Source: Pseudomonadota bacterium
Lineage (GTDB): Bacteria > Pseudomonadota > Alphaproteobacteria > Caulobacterales > Parvularculaceae
DNA length: 64,000 nucleotides
Assembly: GCA_039818345.1 (NCBI GenBank)
Contig: JBCBUC010000009.1
Location: forward strand, 46,549 to 110,548
Reading direction: 5' to 3'
In this document: positions 56,507 through 64,000 of the stretch, in pieces
How positions within the stretch are numbered: position 1 is the stretch's first letter
Layout of the letters: each line of letters starts with the position of its first letter
Position numbers and translations under genes: made by a program
The notes under the pieces: model-generated
Told to the model about the DNA's origin: nothing
Databases searched by the model: none
The model's input: the letters and a program-made list of their open reading frames with translations, nothing else

Positions 56507-57615
56507 TAATAGATCACCACACTCCGAATGCTCTCACCTCGGTGCATCAAATCAAAAGCATCGTTGATTTTCTCAAGCGGCATGGTGTGGGTAATGAGAC
56601 TGTCGATATTTATCCGGCCATCCATGTACATGTCGACGATATCCGGCACGTCAGTCCGGCCGCGGGCGCCACCAAAAGCAGAGCCGCGCCAGACCCGCCC
56701 TGTCACCAATTGGAATGGACGCGTCGAAATTTCTGCGCCTGCCGGAGCCACACCGATAATAATGCTCTCCCCCCAACCTTTATGGCAGCATTCAAGAGCC
56801 GCGCGCATCACCTCAACATTTCCGATGCACTCAAACGAATAGTCCGCACCGCCATTGGTAAGCTCGACCAGATGCTCCACAAGATCGCCGGAAATTTCCT
56901 TGGGGTTAACAAAGTGGGTCATGCCAAACTGCTTGGCCATCGCCGCCTTTGATGGGTTCATATCGACACCGACAATTTGCTTGGCACCGACCAATTGAAG
57001 GCCTTGGATAACATTGAGACCAATGCCGCCCAGCCCGAACACCACGGCAGTCGAGTTGGGCTCAACCTTTGCTGTGTACATCACAGCGCCAATCCCCGTG
57101 GTCACGCCGCACCCGATATAACAGACCTTGTCAAAGGGAGCGTCTTTACGAATTTTCGCCAGCGCAATTTCGGGGACGACGGTGTAATTGGAAAATGTTG
57201 ATGTCCCCATATAGTGCAAAATCTGCTGCCCTTTATACGAAAACCGAGACGTACCATCCGGCATCAACCCTTGTCCTTGGGTCCCACGAACTTTCTGGCA
57301 AAGGTTTGTTTTTGGATGAAGGCAATAGTCGCACTCACGACACTCTGGTGTGTAAAGAGGAATAACATGATCGCCGACCTCTAGCGACGTCACCTCAGCG
57401 CCAACTTCGACGACAACCCCTGCGCCCTCATGACCCAAAATCGCCGGGAAAGCGCCTTCAGGGTCTTTCCCGGAAAGCGTGAATTCATCCGTATGGCAAA
57501 TGCCAGTCGCTTTGATTTCGACCAAAACCTCGCCCGCCTTGGGGCCCTCTAAGTCAACTTCGACGACTTCAAGTGGTTTGCCTGCTTCAAAGGCTACTGC
57601 GGCACGCGTCTTCAT
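56506..57615 (-). CDS. frmA: S-(hydroxymethyl)glutathione dehydrogenase / class III alcohol dehydrogenase
   Basis: [53 protein letters not shown] coupling to fghA. Confidence 0.96.
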   Translation of the reverse strand: MKTRAAVAFEAGKPLEVVEVDLEGPKAGEVLVEIKATGICHTDEFTLSGKDPEGAFPAILGHEGAGVVVEVGAEVTSLEVGDHVIPLYTPECRECDYCLHPKTNLCQKVRGTQGQGLMPDGTSRFSYKGQQILHYMGTSTFSNYTVVPEIALAKIRKDAPFDKVCYIGCGVTTGIGAVMYTAKVEPNSTAVVFGLGGIGLNVIQGLQLVGAKQIVGVDMNPSKAAMAKQFGMTHFVNPKEISGDLVEHLVELTNGGADYSFECIGNVEVMRAALECCHKGWGESIIIGVAPAGAEISTRPFQLVTGRVWRGSAFGGARGRTDVPDIVDMYMDGRINIDSLITHTMPLEKINDAFDLMHRGESIRSVVIY

Positions 57616-58039
57616 CTCATTTCCAAATCTGTTGGTTTGTGACCATCGCGCCATGCTGTTTATCTCTTAGATCACTTAGGTGACTAGCGACCCTGTCAAG
57701 ACAAACCGTAGGCGAACTCTCGCCCGGAACGATAGTGGCAAACGCGGCAAAGATGCAAGGATTGCACTGCAATTGCGAACACGGACAATAACGTGCGAAA
57801 ACAGCACCTCCCCGCAGTACACACGCGGCGCTCACGACCTTTTGAAGTGAGCGAATGAGGCTCATGTCAACGTCGGAGATCATGTTCCCAATGAGCGGCG
57901 GGTCCGCAAGGCATGCCCTTAATGCCTCAAGCTGAGGGGTGATGCGAGGCACCCTGTTTCTTATCGTTGGGCAACGCGCTCGTTTTTATGTTCTTTATAG
58001 GGATGTCCTTCATGATGATACGAACTACACCAAAGGGTG

Positions 58040-58837
58040 TTACTCGGAACTCTGATCGAACATAACGAACCTTTCTCGATCGCGAGCGTAAAGAGCAATG
58101 TTGGCTTCTCTGGCCTTTCGAAGGGCAAAAGCCGTCGGTGCAGAGATGGAAGCAATTGCCCGTACCCCGCATCGAGCCGCCTTCTCCACAATCTCGTACG
58201 AACACCGGCTTGACATCAACAAAAATCCAGACTCGATCTCAACACCCCTGCGTGAGAGAGCCCCCATCAATTTGTCGAGGGCATTGTGCCGCCCGACATC
58301 TTCGCGCGCTAAGGCAATGTTGCCCGACGAGCCTACCCAAGCTGCTGCATGCACGGTTCGCGTTTCTTCGTTGAGTGCCTGGAAACGCGGTAAAGCACGC
58401 AGCGCCCTTAAGAGTGTATGCTGATCTATTAGCAACAGCGTATCCGAGACCCTTGGCAAAACCTCGAAGAAGGTCTCTGCGTTCTCAAGACCGCATAAGC
58501 CACAGCTTGCTCGCCCGGCAAGATTTCTGCGCCGCAGCACCGTATCAAGCCGTTCGATTCGGTCGGACGCTATGTCAATGCGCAGTTCGATGCCGCGGTC
58601 TATGAAATAGATATCGACGCTGATGATTTCAGACAGATCATCAACAACCCGCTCAGTCAGCGAAAAACCGACAGCGAAATCCTCCAGATCAGCAGGGGTC
58701 GTCAGCATCACTGCATAGTTTCGGCCATTGTAAACCAACGCAGCAGGAACTTCCTCGGGAACGCGCCACATCCCGCCATCCAATTTGGCATCCCGCGCTG
58801 TTGGCGGAGGATCCCCAAAATGCCGAAAGACTGGCAC
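58040..58837 (-). CDS. fdhD: Formate dehydrogenase accessory sulfurtransferase FdhD/FdsC
   Basis: VPEEVP, SCGLCG, TVHAAA, REDVGRHNALDK, SSRCSYE. Confidence 0.93.
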   Translation of the reverse strand: MPVFRHFGDPPPTARDAKLDGGMWRVPEEVPAALVYNGRNYAVMLTTPADLEDFAVGFSLTERVVDDLSEIISVDIYFIDRGIELRIDIASDRIERLDTVLRRRNLAGRASCGLCGLENAETFFEVLPRVSDTLLLIDQHTLLRALRALPRFQALNEETRTVHAAAWVGSSGNIALAREDVGRHNALDKLMGALSRRGVEIESGFLLMSSRCSYEIVEKAARCGVRAIASISAPTAFALRKAREANIALYARDRERFVMFDQSSE

Positions 58838-61687
58838 TTACTCTGCCAGCGGGTTGGCGCCCGGCGAAAGAACTTTCCGCATCTCATCGGTCGATAGCTC
58901 ATACCGCTCTTGCCACGGAGATTTATGATTTGCTGGCGTCACCTCGACCGCCGTCACCTTGTATTCAGGGCAGTTTGTGGCCCAATCGGACAACTCCGTT
59001 GTGACCACGTTTGCTCCGGTCTCCGGGTGATGGAAGGTTGTGTAGACAACACCGGGTTGCATCCGCTCAGAGACTTTTGCGCGCAACGAGATTTCTCCCT
59101 TTCGCGACCGAACCGCGACCCAATGGCCATCGCGAATGCCCCGTGTCTCGGCGTCAGCTGGATGAATCTCAAGAAGGTCTTCATCATGCCAGGTATCATT
59201 CGCGGTACGGCGCGTTTGGGCACCAACATTATATTGAGACAAGATACGGCCAGTCGTCAGGATCAGTGGGAACTTCCGATTGGTTTTTTCTTCCGTCGGC
59301 ACATAATCGGTGACCACGAACTGACCTTTGCCGCGAACAAACTCATCAACGTGCATGATCGGTGTGCCGTCCGGTGCATCTTCGTTACATGGCCACTGGA
59401 CTGAGCCTTTTTCGTCGAGAGTCGTGAAGGAAACTCCGCTAAAGGAAGGCGTCAACGCCGCAATTTCATCCATAATGCCCGAGGCGCTTTGGTGTCCCAT
59501 TTCATAACCGAGGGCACGCGCGAGGTCTTGGGTCACTTCCCATTCCTCTTTTCCCGTCTTTGATTTCATCACCGGACGAACACGATTGATGCGGCGTTCT
59601 GCGTTGATGAACGTTCCGTCTTTTTCCAAAAACGATGTACCCGGTAAGAAGACATGCGCAAACCTCGCGGTCTCATTAAGGAAAAGATCCTGGACGACCA
59701 AGATATCGAGGGCCGTGAGCGCTGCTTCGACGTGCTGTGTGTCCGGATCGGACTGCGCCACATCTTCGCCTTGGATATACATCCCGCGATAAGTTCCCGC
59801 ACAGGCCTCGTCGAACATATTGGGAATACGAAGGCCCGGCGCGTTATCCATACGGACCTTCCACGCTTTTTCAAAGGTCGCCCGCGCGGCATCATCGGTT
59901 ACCGGACGATAACCAGACAACTCATGCGGGAAGGATCCCATATCGCAAGATCCTTGCACATTATTCTGCCCGCGCAAGGGGTTCACGCCCACTCCGCGTC
60001 GCCCAATATTCCCCGTCACCATCGCAAGATTGGCCATCCCCATCACCATGGTGGAGCCTTGGCTATGCTCGGTGACGCCCAGACCGTAATAGATCGCGGC
60101 GTTTGGAGCAGTAGCGAACATTCGCGCTGCTTGCCGAATGTCTTGAGCCGGAACACCCATGGTCTCAGCTATTGCCTCAGGGGAATTCTCCTTAGAAACA
60201 ATGAAGTTGAACCATTCTTTGAACGATGAGAGGTCACACCGTTCCTTGACGAAAGCATCATCCATTAAGCCTTCGGTGGCCACGACATGCGCAATCGCGT
60301 TGATCATCGCGACATTGGTTCCTGGCATGAGCGGCAGATGGTACTCTGCCTGAATGTGGGGTGTCCGGACCAGATCGATCTTACGTGGATCAGCAACGAT
60401 CAGCTTTGCCCCTTCGCGCAAGCGCCGCTTCATCTGAGACGCAAAGACGGGATGGGCATCAGTGGGATTAGCCCCGATGACAAAAATGACGTCTGCGTCT
60501 TGGACGCTGTCAAAATCCTGCGTGCCCGCTGACGTTCCATAGGTCTGTTTGAGGCCATACCCCGTGGGCGAATGGCAGACACGGGCACAGGTGTCGACAT
60601 TGTTGTTACCGAACGCTGTCCGCACCAACTTTTGGACAAGCCAAACCTCCTCAGCCGTGCAGCGGGAGGACGTAATGGCACCGACAGATTTAGGACCATA
60701 ATTCGCTTGCGTCGCTTTAAATCGATCCGCTGCAAAGTTGATCGCTTCATCCCAAGAGACCACACGCCATGGATCCGTGATCTTTTCCCGGATCATCGGC
60801 TCCGTGATACGATCTTTATGGGTGGCATAACCGAAGGCGAAGCGTCCTTTCACGCATGAATGTCCATGATTAGCGCCGCCGTCTTTATAGGGAACCATAC
60901 GGACAACTTGATCGCCTTTCAGCTCTGCTTTGAACGAACACCCGACGCCGCAATAGGCGCAAGTCGTCAAAACGGTCCGTTCGGGCACCCCATGTTCGAC
61001 CACTGATTTTTCTTGTAGGGTTGCGGTGGGACAAGCCTGGACACAGGCGCCGCATGACACGCACTCTGAATCAAAGAAATCAGCGCCAGCCACGGCGATT
61101 TTGGAGTCAAACCCTCGGCCGTCAACCGTCAGCGCGAGCGTACCTTGCACTTCGTCACAAGCACGTACGCAACGCGAACACACGATACACTTCGACGGAT
61201 CAAAATCGAAATAGGGATTACTCTGATCTTTCTCTGTATCAAGATGGTTTTCACCATCATAACCATAACGGACATCACGCAGACCAACGACACCGGCCAT
61301 GTCCTGAAGCTCACAATCACCATTGTCCGAGCATGTCAGGCAATCCAATGGATGATCGGAGATATAAAGCTCCATCACCCCGCGCCGAAGTCGGCTTAGA
61401 CGATCAGTCTGCGTACTCACCTTCATCCCCTCACGCACAGGGGTTGTGCAGGACGCGGGTGTCCCTCGTTGACCATCGATTTCCACCAAGCAGAGCCGAC
61501 AGGAGCCATAGCTCTTAAGGGAGTCCGTGGCGCAGAGTTTGGGGACCGAAATACCGAGCGTGGCCGCCGCGCGCATCACACTGGCGCCCTCCTCAACCTC
61601 AACCCGGAAACCGTCGATCTCTAAGGAGACCATCTTGCCTGTCTTGGGTTTCGGCGTACCAAAATCAAATTCCTTCAGGATCGCCAT
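58838..61687 (-). CDS. fdsA: NAD-dependent formate dehydrogenase alpha subunit (Mo/W-bisPGD, Cys ligand)
   Basis: N-terminal Fe-S motifs (LC..GSCRLC, HPLDCLTC, CIVCSRC, CVSCGAC, CAYCGVGC), CARVCH active site, RGQNNVQG. Confidence 0.95.
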   Translation of the reverse strand: MAILKEFDFGTPKPKTGKMVSLEIDGFRVEVEEGASVMRAAATLGISVPKLCATDSLKSYGSCRLCLVEIDGQRGTPASCTTPVREGMKVSTQTDRLSRLRRGVMELYISDHPLDCLTCSDNGDCELQDMAGVVGLRDVRYGYDGENHLDTEKDQSNPYFDFDPSKCIVCSRCVRACDEVQGTLALTVDGRGFDSKIAVAGADFFDSECVSCGACVQACPTATLQEKSVVEHGVPERTVLTTCAYCGVGCSFKAELKGDQVVRMVPYKDGGANHGHSCVKGRFAFGYATHKDRITEPMIREKITDPWRVVSWDEAINFAADRFKATQANYGPKSVGAITSSRCTAEEVWLVQKLVRTAFGNNNVDTCARVCHSPTGYGLKQTYGTSAGTQDFDSVQDADVIFVIGANPTDAHPVFASQMKRRLREGAKLIVADPRKIDLVRTPHIQAEYHLPLMPGTNVAMINAIAHVVATEGLMDDAFVKERCDLSSFKEWFNFIVSKENSPEAIAETMGVPAQDIRQAARMFATAPNAAIYYGLGVTEHSQGSTMVMGMANLAMVTGNIGRRGVGVNPLRGQNNVQGSCDMGSFPHELSGYRPVTDDAARATFEKAWKVRMDNAPGLRIPNMFDEACAGTYRGMYIQGEDVAQSDPDTQHVEAALTALDILVVQDLFLNETARFAHVFLPGTSFLEKDGTFINAERRINRVRPVMKSKTGKEEWEVTQDLARALGYEMGHQSASGIMDEIAALTPSFSGVSFTTLDEKGSVQWPCNEDAPDGTPIMHVDEFVRGKGQFVVTDYVPTEEKTNRKFPLILTTGRILSQYNVGAQTRRTANDTWHDEDLLEIHPADAETRGIRDGHWVAVRSRKGEISLRAKVSERMQPGVVYTTFHHPETGANVVTTELSDWATNCPEYKVTAVEVTPANHKSPWQERYELSTDEMRKVLSPGANPLAE

Positions 61688-61697
61688 GGCACACCTT

Positions 61698-63260
61698 CTA
61701 TTCCGCAGCCAAATTGGTTTGCTTTGTCGGCTTGAAATCTTCGGGGAAGTGTTTGATCGCGCTTTGAACGGGAATCGGGGTCATCCCGCCCATGGCGCAT
61801 AGTGATCCGTCGACCATCACTTCACAGAGATCGTCGAGAACGGCGCGTTGCTGCTCTGGTTCTTCGCCCGAACGCCACCGATCGATCACTTCGACACCGC
61901 GCACCGCACCAATTCGGCAAGGGGTGCACTTCCCACAACTTTCTTCCGCACAGAACTCAAAGGCATATCGTGCCTGATTCATAAGATCGACTGTGTCGTC
62001 AAAGACGACGAGACCCCCATGGCCGACGCCCGCGCCATTGGCCAACATGGTCTCATAATCCATTGGCAGATCAAAGAGCGACGTCGGTAGATAAGCACCC
62101 AAGGGACCGCCGATCTGGACCGTCCGTACAGGGCGACCCGTCCGTGTCCCACAACCGATGTCGTTCACCAACTGATTGAGCGTGACACCGAAACCAGCCT
62201 CGAACAAACCACCATGTTTGATGTTACCGGCGAGTTGGAACGGCATGGTACCGGTTGAGCGCCCCATGCCAAAGTCCCGGTAATAGGTTGAGCCTTTGGC
62301 TAAAATAAGGGGAACGGAGCACAGTGTGATGACATTATGAACGAGCGTTGGTTTTCCATACAAACCCTCGAGCGCAGGGATCGGAGGTTTCGCCCGCACC
62401 TCACCACGCTTCCCCTCGAGGCTGTTGAGAAGGGATGTCTCCTCGCCGCAGATATAGGCACCTGCGCCAACAAAAACTTCGATATCAAAGGGATGACCGG
62501 GCCCTCCTGCATCGGCACCGAGCATGCCTTCGTCATAGGCCCGCCGGATAGCAGTCTTCAGTACATCGTCTGCAATTGGATATTCTGATCGAAGATAAAT
62601 ATAACCGCGCGTCGCACCGGTTGCGATTCCGGCAATGATCATACCCTCAAGAAGAAGGAAAGGGTCACCTTCCATGATCATACGATCAGCAAACGTACCG
62701 CTGTCACCTTCATCGGCGTTGACAACGACGTATTTTTGATCGGCTGCCGCTTCGGAAACGGTCTTCCATTTGATACCAGCGGGAAAGCCCGCGCCGCCTC
62801 GACCACGTAACCCTGAATCGAGAACAGCCTCGCATATTGTCGATGGCCGCATCGTTTGTGCCGCGTGAAGCCCATCGAGACCACCGTGGTTTTGATAGTC
62901 ACGCAAACTGAGCGGGTCGGTGATGCCGCATCGACCAAAGATCAGCCGTGTTTGATTTTTCAGGAAAGGTATCTCTTCGACAGGGCCAACGCACTTATCA
63001 TGGGATCCGTCAGCAACCAGAGCAGTAAGCACATCACCAGCTTCCTGCTCATCGATTGGTCCATAACCAACGCGCGTGCCGTTCCGTTCGACTTCGAGCA
63101 ACGGCTCGAGCCAATGAAGACCGCGCGAGCCGGTTCGGACAATATCGATCTCGACTCCCTGCTCTTCCGCTGTACGCACGAGCGCGACCGCCAATTCATC
63201 AGCACCCAAGCTAATGGCCACTGAATCAAGCGGAAGAAAGAGGCGAAGTCGCTTCGTCAC
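61698..63260 (-). CDS. fdsB: Formate dehydrogenase beta subunit (NuoF-like FMN/NAD)
   Basis: GLRGRGGAGFP, NADEGDSG, GAGAYICGEE, ESCGKCTPCR, SLCAMG. Confidence 0.94.
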   Translation of the reverse strand: MTKRLRLFLPLDSVAISLGADELAVALVRTAEEQGVEIDIVRTGSRGLHWLEPLLEVERNGTRVGYGPIDEQEAGDVLTALVADGSHDKCVGPVEEIPFLKNQTRLIFGRCGITDPLSLRDYQNHGGLDGLHAAQTMRPSTICEAVLDSGLRGRGGAGFPAGIKWKTVSEAAADQKYVVVNADEGDSGTFADRMIMEGDPFLLLEGMIIAGIATGATRGYIYLRSEYPIADDVLKTAIRRAYDEGMLGADAGGPGHPFDIEVFVGAGAYICGEETSLLNSLEGKRGEVRAKPPIPALEGLYGKPTLVHNVITLCSVPLILAKGSTYYRDFGMGRSTGTMPFQLAGNIKHGGLFEAGFGVTLNQLVNDIGCGTRTGRPVRTVQIGGPLGAYLPTSLFDLPMDYETMLANGAGVGHGGLVVFDDTVDLMNQARYAFEFCAEESCGKCTPCRIGAVRGVEVIDRWRSGEEPEQQRAVLDDLCEVMVDGSLCAMGGMTPIPVQSAIKHFPEDFKPTKQTNLAAE

Positions 63261-63727
63261 TCAGCCACCTCAAGTCCCGCGGCGCTGCAGCGAGCCTTAA
63301 TACGTACAGCGTCGGCTCGACCGATCAAACGGCCATCAACCATCGCTGCGGGCGCCACCGAACAGAGGCCCAAGCAATAGACGTCCTCAACCGTCACGCC
63401 CATCGTGGTTGATCCGCCATCGAATGTGTCCTCCAGTTCTTTTCGAACTGTCTGCACACCAGCGGCTTGGCAAGCCTCAGCAGCACACAAACGTACTAAA
63501 ATGCCTTCCACGCGGGTCCGCGAAAAGTCTGCATAGAAACTGATGACACCCCGAACCTCAGCACGGCTCAAGTTAAAGAGGTCGGCAATCAAAAGATCAG
63601 CCTCTTCGGGGACGCATCCAAACTCCTCCTGGATCGCCCGTAACGAAGCAATGACGCCGCCTACAGCGCCAACGTGTTCCGAAATAATCTCCGTTAAACG
63701 GAGGGTTTGGCTCAGGTTTTGCGACAT
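63257..63727 (-). CDS. fdsG: Formate dehydrogenase gamma subunit (NuoE-like 2Fe-2S)
   Basis: LSRAEVRGVISFY, CAAEAC...CLGLC ligands. Start moved to ATG 63727. Confidence 0.9.
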   Translation of the reverse strand: MSQNLSQTLRLTEIISEHVGAVGGVIASLRAIQEEFGCVPEEADLLIADLFNLSRAEVRGVISFYADFSRTRVEGILVRLCAAEACQAAGVQTVRKELEDTFDGGSTTMGVTVEDVYCLGLCSVAPAAMVDGRLIGRADAVRIKARCSAAGLEVAE

Positions 63728-63841
63728 CCCTTCGAGCTCCTGACACGCACCATCAATTGGCAACAAAACTGTCTGCAACGACTTCTCTTTGCCATTTAGA
63801 GTTATACATCGTACTGGACAGCCGAATTAATGGAAAGCTCT

Positions 63842-64000
63842 ATGACCAGCCGATTTATCTTCACAACCCAGTGCCAGGACCAGGTCGGCATCGTTGCGGC
63901 GGTCGCGACCTGCCTACTCGATCACGGCTTCTTTATTGATGAAGCGGCGCAATTTGGCGATGAGTTGACCGGTCGTTTCTTCATGCGCCTGCAAATCCGT
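63842..64000 (+). CDS. purU: Formyltetrahydrofolate deformylase, N-terminal ACT domain; runs off the right edge
   Basis: Translated by hand: MTSRFIFTTQCQDQVGIVAAVATCLLDHGFFIDEAAQFGDELTGRFFMRLQIR, matching the PurU C.D..GIV..V / QF.D..TGRFFMR pattern. Only 53 aa visible. Confidence 0.8.
   Translation, partial: MTSRFIFTTQCQDQVGIVAAVATCLLDHGFFIDEAAQFGDELTGRFFMRLQIR

Noticed and set aside
57655-58039. ncRNA or fdsD in the fdhD-frmA gap (short inverted repeats at ~57670 and ~57830)
   Set aside because: The stems are short with no recognisable family. They may be operator or terminator elements but are unsupported.
60570-60600. Selenocysteine in FdsA
   Set aside because: The active-site codon is TGC (CARVCH) and the ORF is uninterrupted.
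61698-63727. Complex I nuoE/nuoF
   Set aside because: Directly coupled to a molybdopterin FDH alpha subunit and fdhD, with no other nuo genes.
63728-63841. ZTP/THF riboswitch before purU
   Set aside because: The gap is short, shared with the fdsG promoter, and I saw no matching structure.
1-64000. CRISPR arrays, IS elements, prophage, tRNA/rRNA, anti-phage defence genes
   Set aside because: None recognised by eye or in the ORF track. The TPR protein is explained by its sulfotransferase domain.

Overview
64-kb window of bacterial chromosome, probably an alphaproteobacterium (inferred from gene content and order, not from a marker gene). No rRNA, tRNA, CRISPR, IS or integrase was recognised. 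It has three parts. (1) 1-5.9 kb: cell-envelope genes (glmU, gph, a GT2) plus an adjacent MurL-MurD2 pair, the racemase-independent route to peptidoglycan D-Glu. (2) ~5.9-55.6 kb: a ~50-kb amine/polyamine catabolic island. It encodes three gamma-glutamyl-amine ligases (GS-like), two PuuB-like oxidases, a hydrolase, PuuC-like ALDH, SpuC- and BauA-like transaminases, BauB/MmsA, Ald, two Tat-exported SpdH-like dehydrogenases, a TonB-dependent receptor, SSS/MFS/SMR transporters and four local regulators. It also carries unexplained modules: two copies of a coupled [COG1233-alpha + COG1233-beta + GcvT-like] cassette, a lone PYROXD2-like gene, a hydroxylase / His-ringed propeller / TPR-sulfotransferase trio, and a membrane protein with a thrice-repeated [D/E]-x3-W-x7-E motif. 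A palindrome YGTGATCACR occurs at 7 intergenic sites and ties several of these modules to the polyamine core. (3) 55.7-64 kb: a C1 sink (frmAB, fdsGBA-fdhD, start of purU). Leading hypothesis (inference): a TonB-dependent utilization locus for large and/or N-methylated polyamines, with a new split FAD/folate-dependent amine oxidase or demethylase feeding the C1 genes. All family calls come from motif recognition by eye; no searches were run.
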